From positions 1 to 64,000 of IMG/VR virus record IMGVR_UViG_3300010430_000004: a stretch of DNA of 64,000 nt; one strand, given 5' to 3'. Source of the DNA: a virus. Position numbers and translations under genes: made by a program. The notes beneath the pieces are model-generated. The model saw only the letters and a list, made by a program, of their open reading frames with translations. It was not told where the DNA came from and did not search any database. Positions within the stretch are counted from its first letter, which is position 1. Each line of letters begins with the position of its first letter. Below, piece by piece: positions 9,411-18,561 of this stretch.

Positions 9411-10021
9411 TGTCTCTATTTAAAAAGATGCAAAAACAAGAAATTGTCATACTTGAGAAGGGTTTTGTTAAAAACACTATAATGTCTAGTATGTTAGGTG
9501 CAGCTGCCGCCTTAAGCACTCCAGCTAACGCTGGTGATAGAGACATAGCAAGCGTACAAAAACCTAGAGCTGAAGCTCCAGCTAGTCAATTTAATAAAGA
9601 TCAGATATTAGATGCTATAAAAACTGTGGAATCCTCTGGTGGAAAAGACACGAATCACAAAGTAGTCAACTCTGGCCTCAACGCTGGAACTAGGTCTTCA
9701 TCTGCTTATGGAGTAATGCCGATTACAGCTAAGGATATTATCAGTAAGAATAAAAATCTAAAAGCCAAATATGGTCACTTGCTTGATATGAAAGGCGATG
9801 AATTTCACCAAGAATATCATAAGGATCCTGATCTGGATAGAACTATAGCTAGTCATTATTATGACAAATCTGCTAAACTTTTCGGCAATGACCCTCACAA
9901 AATAGGGTATTCTTGGCTAAATGGCAGATCAGGTGCTATGAAAGCTGTAAAGTCTGGAAAAGACATCAAAAATCATTGGCACGTTAAAAAAATAATAGAT
10001 GCTTTAAAATCTTCTAAATAA
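9410..10021 (+). CDS. lytic transglycosylase (SLT/lysozyme-like)
   Basis: AIKTVESSGG catalytic Glu motif, AYGVMPITA, SWLNG. Confidence 0.75.
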   Translation: MSLFKKMQKQEIVILEKGFVKNTIMSSMLGAAAALSTPANAGDRDIASVQKPRAEAPASQFNKDQILDAIKTVESSGGKDTNHKVVNSGLNAGTRSSSAYGVMPITAKDIISKNKNLKAKYGHLLDMKGDEFHQEYHKDPDLDRTIASHYYDKSAKLFGNDPHKIGYSWLNGRSGAMKAVKSGKDIKNHWHVKKIIDALKSSK

Positions 10022-10033
10022 CCCTTTTGGCAT

Positions 10034-10042
10034 TAATCTTTA
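10034..10042 (+). promoter_or_regulatory. late promoter motif
   Basis: TAATCTTTA. Confidence 0.7.
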
Positions 10043-10063
10043 ATATAACCCATAGGAGTTTAT

Positions 10064-10561
10064 ATGTTGATTGACCCAAAAGAAATTGCTGACGTTTCAG
10101 ACGTTGGAACCCTTGACAGAAAAGACAAAGTCAAGATGGTTAAAACTATTGGTGGATTAAATCTAGCAGTCGGCAAAGATGGCTCTAGTAATGAAAGAAT
10201 TCTAGCCTATGCTTCCCATCCAGCTATTGTAAAGCACCAACTTAGAAAACGCTACAGTTCTCGTTTCGCTGAAACTATGCAAAAAAATGAAAGTGGAGTT
10301 TCTGAACAAGCCATTTCTTATGAAAAGAATCTTAGTCCTTTGCTTAAAAATAACGGATATGATATTTACTGCCTTAAAAAAGGCACAGAAGCAAAGTTTG
10401 TAGTTACTTGTGATAACATGGAAATTATGAGCAGCGAGATTAGTGACACTAAAGTAGAAAATGCCAATATCAAAAATAACGATAAATATAAAGAGTTTAG
10501 TCAAAATGAGGGCAAAGAAGCCTTAGTTAATTCTATTAAACAGTATATTTCAGGAGAATAA
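10064..10561 (+). CDS. hypothetical virion/internal protein
   Basis: RBS AGGAG; late promoter. Confidence 0.65.
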   Translation: MLIDPKEIADVSDVGTLDRKDKVKMVKTIGGLNLAVGKDGSSNERILAYASHPAIVKHQLRKRYSSRFAETMQKNESGVSEQAISYEKNLSPLLKNNGYDIYCLKKGTEAKFVVTCDNMEIMSSEISDTKVENANIKNNDKYKEFSQNEGKEALVNSIKQYISGE

Positions 10562-10562
10562 A

Positions 10563-10844
10563 ATGAAACTCAAATATCCAAGTGATTTGGAAAAAGCCCA
10601 AAAACAAACTCCAACAGCAGAGTCGGTTCACCAAGATCATATGAAAACCTCTGACAGTATGAAAGAGCATTCTTATAAGGGACACAAGATTCATACTTTT
10701 GATAAAAATGGCGATCACACATTTTCAGTAAATGGAAAAGCTGGACACTATTCTGGTGCTCAATATGAAGATGCTTGGAGCAACGATCATAAGGGAGCTT
10801 TAAAAAACGCAAAAAAACATATTAATAAAAAATTAGGAAAGTAA
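10563..10844 (+). CDS. putative internal head protein (MKLKY..DLEK leader)
   Basis: N-terminus shared with the 17447, 52321 and 54852-55151 genes. Confidence 0.6.
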   Translation: MKLKYPSDLEKAQKQTPTAESVHQDHMKTSDSMKEHSYKGHKIHTFDKNGDHTFSVNGKAGHYSGAQYEDAWSNDHKGALKNAKKHINKKLGK

Positions 10845-11743
10845 TGGCAGATAAAAAACCAAAAGGCAACCAATTACTTGCTAATCCTGATAGTGAATGG
10901 GAAGTAACTATAAACCTAGATGCAGATGAAAGGTTTGTTAACGGACAAGGTACGGACTTTGTTCATTATAAAGCTATACCTTCTTCTATTGGTGTTAAAG
11001 AACGTGGTGATTACAGAAAGGTTGACGCTGCTGATATATCTGCTACTAATGGTTTTAAATATAAAGAAGCTGGTTGTTTTACTGCTATGCTTGTTTCAAA
11101 TAGAAAAAGCAAAAATGCTATGGACGGTGGATTGTTCGATGAATCTACTGCCAGACTTATAATGCCTCGATTTTATAATAAAAATGGCGATTCTGGTGGC
11201 AAAAGAATACACCTAGCTCCAGGTGATCGCATCTATATTAAAGATGCTGACGTAGAGGTTCCTAATTGGCAGAAAATGACATATACTCCTGACAATGGTG
11301 AAGATGTTGCACAATTTCCAATAACTTGCGTAGAATATCTAGAAGATTCCCAAGGAGTAGAATATGTTGCTGGAAGGCACTTTACACTTAATAAAGATGG
11401 AAATATCAAATGGTTGGCTGGACAGAAAAATCCTGGAATAGATCCTGATACTGGAAAAGGCCGAGTATATTCATTAAGATACCTATACAATGCTCACTAT
11501 TATGTCCTTTCTATACCTAACGAACTTAGAGTAGGCAGGGTAACTGAAGGTGGAGTTAGAAAAACTGCAAGAATGCCTTACCATGCTGTTATTCAGAGAG
11601 AATACGTTTATCACCAAAAAGTTAAGTCTAAAAAACCAGAAAATATTGGAAAAGACACTAAAAGAACTAAAGAAGAGCCTGACCAAAAGCCTACTAATTA
11701 CACACCAATAAAGGTGAATATGAACATTGTGGACGATGAATAG
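10844..11743 (+). CDS. putative neck/head-closure protein
   Basis: Position in head-tail cluster; beta-rich; TAATG coupling. Confidence 0.55.
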   Translation: MADKKPKGNQLLANPDSEWEVTINLDADERFVNGQGTDFVHYKAIPSSIGVKERGDYRKVDAADISATNGFKYKEAGCFTAMLVSNRKSKNAMDGGLFDESTARLIMPRFYNKNGDSGGKRIHLAPGDRIYIKDADVEVPNWQKMTYTPDNGEDVAQFPITCVEYLEDSQGVEYVAGRHFTLNKDGNIKWLAGQKNPGIDPDTGKGRVYSLRYLYNAHYYVLSIPNELRVGRVTEGGVRKTARMPYHAVIQREYVYHQKVKSKKPENIGKDTKRTKEEPDQKPTNYTPIKVNMNIVDDE

Positions 11744-11750
11744 GAAAACC

Positions 11751-11759
11751 TAATCTTTA
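11751..11759 (+). promoter_or_regulatory. late promoter motif
   Basis: TAATCTTTA. Confidence 0.7.
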
Positions 11760-11776
11760 ATTAAAGAGGAAAAATT

Positions 11777-12169
11777 ATGAATAAACCAAAAAGACGGATT
11801 AAAGACATTACAGACCCTAGTTCGGTCACTATGATTCATCATAACGCTGCTACTGGTGCCCAAAAGGGTATGAGCTCTGTTCTTCCAGTACCTCAAGCCA
11901 TTAAAACTACTGATGCTCAAGCCTATGCTCTTCCTGCTGGTCTTCAAAAAATTGGAGCTGGTAAATTAGTATGGCTAACTGCTGCTGGTTATACTCTCAC
12001 AGATAGCACTGGAGAATACAAGCCTGTAACAGTTTCTGCTGCATTAGCGCCTATTGGAAGCGTAGTTTCTACTGGCTTGCATTGGGATACTATCACAGCT
12101 CCTGGTGCTTTTATTGTAGAAGATGATAGTGATGTAACTAGAGACGTTTACCCAAGTTCACAAGGGTAA
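11777..12169 (+). CDS. hypothetical virion protein
   Basis: RBS GAGG; late promoter. Confidence 0.65.
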   Translation: MNKPKRRIKDITDPSSVTMIHHNAATGAQKGMSSVLPVPQAIKTTDAQAYALPAGLQKIGAGKLVWLTAAGYTLTDSTGEYKPVTVSAALAPIGSVVSTGLHWDTITAPGAFIVEDDSDVTRDVYPSSQG

Positions 12170-12171
12170 CG

Positions 12172-13050
12172 ATGAAAGACTACCGTTCTATTTGCAAAAC
12201 TATTTTAGGTGACGATATATTTGAAACTCTTCAAAAGTTTGAAATATATAAGCCTAATACAAATACTGCACTAGATCCTAGAGAACTAGAAATAGCAATG
12301 CAAGTAGTACCTAGAACTATTCTTTCTTATGTTAGCAACTGCGTAGCTGGCATGAAAGCTGGAGAAGTAAGAGAATGTTCTATACCTTTTGGCGAAAATG
12401 CTAATTGGACAATAAATAAACACGGCCCAGATGATTATAACGGAGAAATTAGAGAAAATAATAAAGTAAAATATGACTTTAAATATAGAAGTATTCCAGG
12501 AATGGCAATGCTTCTTATGACTAGTTTTGAGCTTTATGATTTTAATGATTTAGAAGAGAAAAAGGAAACCGCTCCACAACCAGACACTTGCAAAATGCAA
12601 GAACTTATTGATGAGAGATTAAAGATTTATGACCTTATTAATAGTGTAGTTTCTAATAAGATGGAAGTTAGGGAAGCTAGAGAGCAATTTATCAATGAAA
12701 AACTTAACAGAATCATTGCTCAATTAGAGGTACAAAAGACTATGGAAGATAATGCCAATCAAAAGAAAGACCTTAAACTTAAACGATTCCTTGAAGCCAA
12801 GGCTAAACCAGAGCAAAAGGAATTTGAAATTTCTTTTGAAAAATCTGAAAAAGCTATATGTGGTGATTGTGGATCTTCTTTATTTGATTCTGCTGGGTGG
12901 AAGTCTGGTTGTATCTGTTCAGGAGATGACCGGAATAAAAAGGTTTGGTTGAAGAAAACAGAAGGTGGAGTAAAGCTTAAGTTTTCTAAGGGTTGGGATG
13001 AAGAGAATGTTCAGATGTTGCTTCAAAGTTTGAAAAAGGTGAGAAAATAA
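12172..13050 (+). CDS. hypothetical protein with C-terminal Zn ribbon
   Basis: CGDC...CIC after an FEKS motif. Confidence 0.65.
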   Translation: MKDYRSICKTILGDDIFETLQKFEIYKPNTNTALDPRELEIAMQVVPRTILSYVSNCVAGMKAGEVRECSIPFGENANWTINKHGPDDYNGEIRENNKVKYDFKYRSIPGMAMLLMTSFELYDFNDLEEKKETAPQPDTCKMQELIDERLKIYDLINSVVSNKMEVREAREQFINEKLNRIIAQLEVQKTMEDNANQKKDLKLKRFLEAKAKPEQKEFEISFEKSEKAICGDCGSSLFDSAGWKSGCICSGDDRNKKVWLKKTEGGVKLKFSKGWDEENVQMLLQSLKKVRK

Positions 13051-14657
13051 TGTCAAAAAAAGATTATAGTTATATAAAAAATGCCAATATTCACCACACA
13101 GTTGATGATGTTGATCACAAGGGACATAAAATAACAACAAAAGTAATGTCTCACAAAAATGGTGGAACATACGCTCATGCCTTTATCAATGGAAAACCCC
13201 ATGGCAATGCTGAAATGAACACCGAAACTGCTCATGGCAAAGCTAGAGATCATATAGATAAGAAAACAAGTGTTAATAAATCTGAAGGTATTGACGCTCA
13301 GAATGAACAAAACCACAAAGAAATGTACAATGAAAATCCTAAACCTAGAAGCGTTACTAAGTTCGTGGCCTTTAATGCTAATAATGTTTCTTCTAAATTA
13401 GTAGACCACATCAATGCTAACGACCATGTTGGTCTTTCGCAAGCTTCTCAAAACTTACATGATGCTGCTGATGTTATTTCTAGTTGGGTAGAAAATGCTA
13501 GAGGTACAGTGGTATCACGAGCAGCTGACGAAATCATAGCTATGGTTCCAGAAGAGGCTCTTGGCTCTATTGAAGAAGTTAAAGCAAACTATAAACAACT
13601 CTCTGGACATGACCTTACTTGTGGTATTGGTGACTCTCTTGCCGATGCTGCAAACTCTCTTATTGGAAACAAAAATGGAGATGAAGCTCTTGAAGAAAAT
13701 GACGAAAATGACCAAATTGATGAAATAGATCAAGAAATGGACGAAGTAGCTGAAGATATTGCCAGTGATGGCTCTGAAGATGTTGATCAAGACGGCGTTG
13801 CTGATTCTGATGAAGAACATGGTGAGATTGATCCTGAAATGGACGATGCTAATGCTGATGGTGAAGTGGACCATGAAGAAGCTATGCAAGATGAGCAAGC
13901 TCCACCTGAAGGTGATGTTGCTGAAGAAGATTTTGTTGAAGGTGAAGCTGCTGCTTCTGAAGTAGAAGATCAAGCCGGAGAAGAAGCCGCTGAAGAATAT
14001 TCTGAAGAAGTACCCGAAATGGATGATACTCAAGAAGTTCCTGAGCATGAAGAAGGATTAAATCCTGAAGAAAAACAAATACACGATGCTACTGAGTCTG
14101 AAACTGACGAGCAAGAAATTGCTGAAGAACAAGGCTCTGAAATTGCTCAAAGAGATGAACAGGATTCTGATATGATTGAAGAGAATATGGAACAAGAGCA
14201 AGAAATGGTAGATCCAGCTCAAGAAGAAATGCCACCTGAAGGTGAAGAAATGGCAGAGGGCAACCTAGAGCCAGAAGAGCAAGAGCTTTTTGACCTATTG
14301 TCTCAAGATCTTAACGATGAACCTGAAAGCGCCACTTTACATGACGCTAAGGCTAGAATTGTTGAAACCTTAAATAACCTTAAAGCAAATAAAGATAGTA
14401 TTGAAGCTATGAAGAGTCACGACCCTGAAGCTTATGGTACTCTTATTGAATTTATTAGAAGTATGATTGATATGGCCAAACAAGTAAGATCTGAGGAGGG
14501 TGCTGAAGATATGGAAGCTGCTCCTGAAGACGATACTGAAGGGGCCTCTAGTGAAATGCCACCTGAAGGTGAAGAAATGGCAATGCCTGAAGAAACTGAA
14601 TCTGATGACGATGAGTCTGAAGAGGAGGAAGAAGAGGTAAAAAAGCCGCAGGGGTAG
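13050..14657 (+). CDS. large acidic protein with degenerate mCpol-like domain; -1 frameshift at its 3' end
   Basis: aa ~104-208 follow the mCpol pattern with DGD->NAN and GGD->AAD; E/D-rich linker; A_AAA_AAG four codons before the stop. Confidence 0.75.
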   Translation: MSKKDYSYIKNANIHHTVDDVDHKGHKITTKVMSHKNGGTYAHAFINGKPHGNAEMNTETAHGKARDHIDKKTSVNKSEGIDAQNEQNHKEMYNENPKPRSVTKFVAFNANNVSSKLVDHINANDHVGLSQASQNLHDAADVISSWVENARGTVVSRAADEIIAMVPEEALGSIEEVKANYKQLSGHDLTCGIGDSLADAANSLIGNKNGDEALEENDENDQIDEIDQEMDEVAEDIASDGSEDVDQDGVADSDEEHGEIDPEMDDANADGEVDHEEAMQDEQAPPEGDVAEEDFVEGEAAASEVEDQAGEEAAEEYSEEVPEMDDTQEVPEHEEGLNPEEKQIHDATESETDEQEIAEEQGSEIAQRDEQDSDMIEENMEQEQEMVDPAQEEMPPEGEEMAEGNLEPEEQELFDLLSQDLNDEPESATLHDAKARIVETLNNLKANKDSIEAMKSHDPEAYGTLIEFIRSMIDMAKQVRSEEGAEDMEAAPEDDTEGASSEMPPEGEEMAMPEETESDDDESEEEEEEVKKPQG

Positions 14658-14678
14658 GTAGCAAGTCTCTCCCTACCC
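14623..14678 (+). other. programmed -1 ribosomal frameshift signal
   Basis: AGGAGG (14623-28), 10 nt, A AAA AAG (14639-45, in frame), hairpin GGGTAGG/CCTACCC (14652-78). Confidence 0.85.
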
Positions 14679-14878
14679 AGGCTACCAAACACGTTAGACG
14701 TAAACAAATGCCATACGGTGCAACCAATGCTAAGGGTAAACTTAAGTATAAAGGTTCGCAAGGAAAACGTAGAAGCATAGATGCTAAACTTGGTATGCAC
14801 ATTGATGGGGCAACTGGAGATCTTGACCACGGAAAAGCTAGACCGAGGGGCAAAAAGAAACCGTCAGAAGGCGTATAA
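14645..14878 (+). CDS. -1 transframe extension, 77 aa basic peptide (not in ORF track)
   Basis: Open -1 frame AAGVGSKSLPTQ...KKKPSEGV ending in a TAA that overlaps the next ATG (TAATG at 14876-80). Confidence 0.8.
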   Translation, partial: AAGVGSKSLPTQATKHVRRKQMPYGATNAKGKLKYKGSQGKRRSIDAKLGMHIDGATGDLDHGKARPRGKKKPSEGV

Positions 14879-15636
14879 TGTCTGGAAAATATTTAGACCT
14901 AAATATAGATATTGCCGAATTAACTAAAGAGTTTGAAGGTATAAAATCAGAAGTAGCTGAAGCTGTTAGAAATTCAGCTGAAACTTTAGCTACCATGACT
15001 CACGCCAAGGTAAATGAGCTTGCTACTGATAAACTAAACACTCGTGCTAAACAATATAAAGAAAACGTTACTTTCGAAGAAATCCAAAAAGGAGTATGGG
15101 TGATTACCCTTTTAGAGCCTGCTATGTGGATAGAAGAAGGCCAATCCTCTTACGATATGAAAGAGACCCATCTTAGAAAAAATGCTAAAGTTGGTAAAGA
15201 TGGCAAACGCTACAAACAAATACCTTTTGATAAAGCCAAAGCACCTAGTCAACAATCAGAAAGTGCAAATAAGCTAACTGGACAAATCAAACAACATCTT
15301 AGAGCTAACAAAATACCTTTCAGAAAAATAGAAACTAATGAACATGGTTCACCACGGTTAGGTCTTTTGCATAAATTTACAGTAGATTCTGACAAACCTA
15401 GTGCTAGGTCTAAATCACCTAGCCTTCAAAACGTATCTATTTATCAAAGCAAAGATAGCACTGGCAATGTTCGTAGAGATATAATGACTTTTAGAACTAT
15501 TAGTGACAATTCAGAAAATTGGCAACATCCAGGAAATGATGCTGTGAATATATTCGATGAAGCTTATAAATGGGCTGAAAGAGAATGGGAAACCAAAATA
15601 TTGCCTGATATTCTGGACTCTTTTGATAAAAAATAA
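14878..15636 (+). CDS. putative neck/tail-completion protein
   Basis: Position; WIEEG..YDMK and FRTIS..WQHPG pattern typical of myophage neck genes. Confidence 0.55.
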   Translation: MSGKYLDLNIDIAELTKEFEGIKSEVAEAVRNSAETLATMTHAKVNELATDKLNTRAKQYKENVTFEEIQKGVWVITLLEPAMWIEEGQSSYDMKETHLRKNAKVGKDGKRYKQIPFDKAKAPSQQSESANKLTGQIKQHLRANKIPFRKIETNEHGSPRLGLLHKFTVDSDKPSARSKSPSLQNVSIYQSKDSTGNVRRDIMTFRTISDNSENWQHPGNDAVNIFDEAYKWAEREWETKILPDILDSFDKK

Positions 15637-15642
15637 TCTTTA
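15634..15642 (+). promoter_or_regulatory. late promoter motif
   Basis: TAATCTTTA. Confidence 0.7.
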
Positions 15643-15655
15643 ATTAGAGGTAAGA

Positions 15656-16651
15656 ATGACTGGAATTTTTCAAGGCGATGCATTATTCAAAAGAGTAATT
15701 GAACTTATGTTAGAAGACATACGCCATAATCCTTGGTTAATTGACCACATATTCTCTCAACTTAAAGAAAATAGCTATCTAGCTGATAAACATGGACAAA
15801 AAGAAATAGAAAACATCAAAGACTGGTTTGCTTCTAATAAGGTAAGTATCTTTATGAAAAATAGACTAGATGGTATAGAATATCCTTGTGTAATTATAAA
15901 GCTAGGCTCATCTATAGATAGAGAAGATTTAAGAACTTTAGGCGACCAAGATTTAGATATTCTTGAATTTAACCCTGAAGATATTGATCAACCAATTCCC
16001 TATATAGTTTCTCCTTTTGATATAGCATCTTATGATGATTCTACAAAAATAGTAACATTTCCTACTGGAACAACCACAGAAGATGTTGGTACTGGTATGC
16101 TTCTAGTAGATCCATCTAATGGAAATGCGTATACTATAGAATCAATAGTTGATCAAGATAAAGTTAAAATATTAGATACACTAGACATGACTGGAGTAAC
16201 TAGGGTTGGGGTATTTCCTCAATATCCTATATATAGAGCCAGAGTAGAGTCTAGAACCTTTGAACAACAATACGTTTTTGAATGTAAGGCCCATGGTGAG
16301 CCAGCATACGCTATTTGGTTGCATGATGTTGTTTTATATGGACTTATGAGATACAATGAAGCCCTTATGGAGGGAAATGGATTCCAACTAGCTGGTTTTC
16401 AAAGCATGGATATATTAAAAGATGCCACTGGTGGAGACAATGTATACATGAGAAATATTAAAATTAATGGGTTGGCCAAAATGGAGTGGGTAAAATCTCC
16501 TACTAGAATTATAGAAGTGGCTAAACTTAAAGACTCTGACTCCGAAACAGCTTCCCCTGCTGGTATAAAGATATTAGCTAATTTGCCCGACGAAATTGCC
16601 GATGAGTGCTCTTCTTGGCAGACCGTAGAAGATGAGGAAATTAGTGACTAA
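15656..16651 (+). CDS. putative tail terminator
   Basis: YPCVII.LG...E motif; position upstream of the sheath. Confidence 0.5.
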   Translation: MTGIFQGDALFKRVIELMLEDIRHNPWLIDHIFSQLKENSYLADKHGQKEIENIKDWFASNKVSIFMKNRLDGIEYPCVIIKLGSSIDREDLRTLGDQDLDILEFNPEDIDQPIPYIVSPFDIASYDDSTKIVTFPTGTTTEDVGTGMLLVDPSNGNAYTIESIVDQDKVKILDTLDMTGVTRVGVFPQYPIYRARVESRTFEQQYVFECKAHGEPAYAIWLHDVVLYGLMRYNEALMEGNGFQLAGFQSMDILKDATGGDNVYMRNIKINGLAKMEWVKSPTRIIEVAKLKDSDSETASPAGIKILANLPDEIADECSSWQTVEDEEISD

Positions 16652-16658
16652 ATCTTTA
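16651..16658 (+). promoter_or_regulatory. late promoter motif
   Basis: AATCTTTA. Confidence 0.65.
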
Positions 16659-16674
16659 ATATTAGAGGAATTAT

Positions 16675-17376
16675 ATGTCTAAGATTTATACCCCACAAGA
16701 AGTGGTTCAAGAGATTACAAAAAGCTTAAAATCTAAGCTTAAAGAATATGCTAGACTTAAAGGCAAGAAAGCTGTTGAAGACCTTGAAGATAATGATCAT
16801 TTGCCAGAATTAGAAACAACTCCTAGCCCTGATAAAGAGATTCTTACAAAAGCCAAAATAGACACTGTTAAATATGGAAAAGAAAAAGGTGGAGATTCTT
16901 CTATCGCTGCTAGAGCAATGAAACACAATGATAGACAAGATAGAGCCCATGATCTTGGACAAGCTGATAAGAAAAGATTTGAAACATCTGCTGAAAGACT
17001 CAAATCTAAAAAAATAAGCAATGCTGCTAAACCTCTAGACAAATCTAACTATGGTCCCAAAGGTGGAGGCCAATATTCTCAAGCAGATAATGAACGTAGA
17101 AAAAATAGCATTCATGGTAATGTAGGTGATATAAGTAGTGAATATTCTTCAGTAAAAATGAAAACTGGAGCCAATGCTTCTGGTGGACAAGGTAAAACTA
17201 AGTTCAATGAAGATATGAAAAAACTTAAAGCTAAAAATAAAAAGCAACCAGTTACCTCTATGAAAGACATGAGTCCTGAAAAGAAGGCAAAACTAAAAGA
17301 ACTATATGAAACTAAAGTAAAAAAGAGCGAAAAACTCAAAAACTTGTTGACTAAAATTAAAGAAAAAGGTAATTAA
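16675..17376 (+). CDS. Lys-rich putative internal head protein
   Basis: Low complexity; ITKS, LTKA, LDKS, VKKS motifs. Confidence 0.6.
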   Translation: MSKIYTPQEVVQEITKSLKSKLKEYARLKGKKAVEDLEDNDHLPELETTPSPDKEILTKAKIDTVKYGKEKGGDSSIAARAMKHNDRQDRAHDLGQADKKRFETSAERLKSKKISNAAKPLDKSNYGPKGGGQYSQADNERRKNSIHGNVGDISSEYSSVKMKTGANASGGQGKTKFNEDMKKLKAKNKKQPVTSMKDMSPEKKAKLKELYETKVKKSEKLKNLLTKIKEKGN

Positions 17377-17417
17377 TTGAAATTATTAGAGATTTTTATT
17401 TGCGAAGTTTGTAGTAA

Positions 17418-17426
17418 TAATCTTTA
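17418..17426 (+). promoter_or_regulatory. late promoter motif
   Basis: TAATCTTTA. Confidence 0.7.
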
Positions 17427-17446
17427 TTTAAATATCGGAGTTTAAT

Positions 17447-18274
17447 ATGAAACTTAAATACGGAAGTGACCTTGAAAAGAAGGCACCAAATTCAAGCTTT
17501 GAATACGACCATCCGCAACACGGAAAGTTGGAAGTAAATGCTCGCGTTGCTCCTAATAGTGGCAAAGTAAAGCTAAAAAGCGTAGGTGTTAAGGACGATA
17601 TCCATATTGGGGTAAAAGAGGCTGGTATTTCTAAAGAGCACAAGAAAGCTATGAGAGAAAAAGCTTCAAAAACTGGTATAACAAAGTGTGGTGATATGAG
17701 TACTAAAAAGACAGAAAAATCTGAAAAAATGGAAAAATCTGAAAGAGATGTAGCTGTTGCTATTCTTGATAAAGTTAGAGAACTTGCTAAGGGCCATAAC
17801 AGCTCCCATGTTGTTGAAGAAGGTAAAAAAATTACTCCTTCTGATTCAGAGCGTGTATCTGAATCCAAAGTTGACGGTTCTGAGTCTGATGATGTTGAAA
17901 CTACTCATGCAGATGACAAAAAGAACAGCGAAGATTCTAATAGAACTGAGCGTTTTGAAGACCAACGTCATCCTGAAGTACGTGGATTAGATAAAGATAA
18001 GACTAAAAAGAAAAAAGATTCTGAAGACGATGATGAAGATGAAGACAGCAAAGATAAGTCTAAGAATATGGAAAAGAATGAAAAAGTAGCTCAAGCTATG
18101 GTTGATAAATCTAAAGAAATTTCTGCTAAGAAACAAAAAGACCAAAAAGCTAAAGAAGCTAAAAATATGAAGATTGTTGACAAGGTTATTAAAGAACACC
18201 CTGTAACAAAATCTGAAAAACCTCTTGTCGCTTTTCTTAAAAAAAGAGAAGCTAAAATAAAAGGTGATCAGTAA
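17447..18274 (+). CDS. charged putative internal head protein (MKLKY..DLEK leader)
   Basis: Shared leader; MEKS, LAKG, MEKN, VTKS motifs. Confidence 0.6.
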   Translation: MKLKYGSDLEKKAPNSSFEYDHPQHGKLEVNARVAPNSGKVKLKSVGVKDDIHIGVKEAGISKEHKKAMREKASKTGITKCGDMSTKKTEKSEKMEKSERDVAVAILDKVRELAKGHNSSHVVEEGKKITPSDSERVSESKVDGSESDDVETTHADDKKNSEDSNRTERFEDQRHPEVRGLDKDKTKKKKDSEDDDEDEDSKDKSKNMEKNEKVAQAMVDKSKEISAKKQKDQKAKEAKNMKIVDKVIKEHPVTKSEKPLVAFLKKREAKIKGDQ

Positions 18275-18561
18275 TGGCCACTAAAAAAGATAAGAAAACC
18301 TCAGATATCCAGAAAAAACTGGAAGAGGCTAAACAAATGAGACTAGAACAGGCTGAAAAGCTTGGCAAGGCTAGTCCAAAAAAAGAAGAAGATGCTAAGG
18401 AAGCTTGGGATCTTTTTTGGATACAGAATAGAAAAGCCTATGGAGAATCAAAAGAGATCGGTAAGATCCTCTGGTTACACCTCAAGGCGATTGGGTGTAA
18501 TAAACCAGAAAAGTTTGAAGAAGGTATCAAGAACTTTGGTATAAATAAAGGAGATAAATAA
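18274..18561 (+). CDS. hypothetical protein upstream of sheath
   Basis: TAATG coupling on both sides. Confidence 0.65.
   Translation: MATKKDKKTSDIQKKLEEAKQMRLEQAEKLGKASPKKEEDAKEAWDLFWIQNRKAYGESKEIGKILWLHLKAIGCNKPEKFEEGIKNFGINKGDK

Noticed and set aside
14652-14686. Pseudoknot (GTAGC/GCTAC) as the frameshift stimulator
   Set aside because: Loop geometry (0/10/2 nt) is implausible for an H-type knot; kept as a simple hairpin
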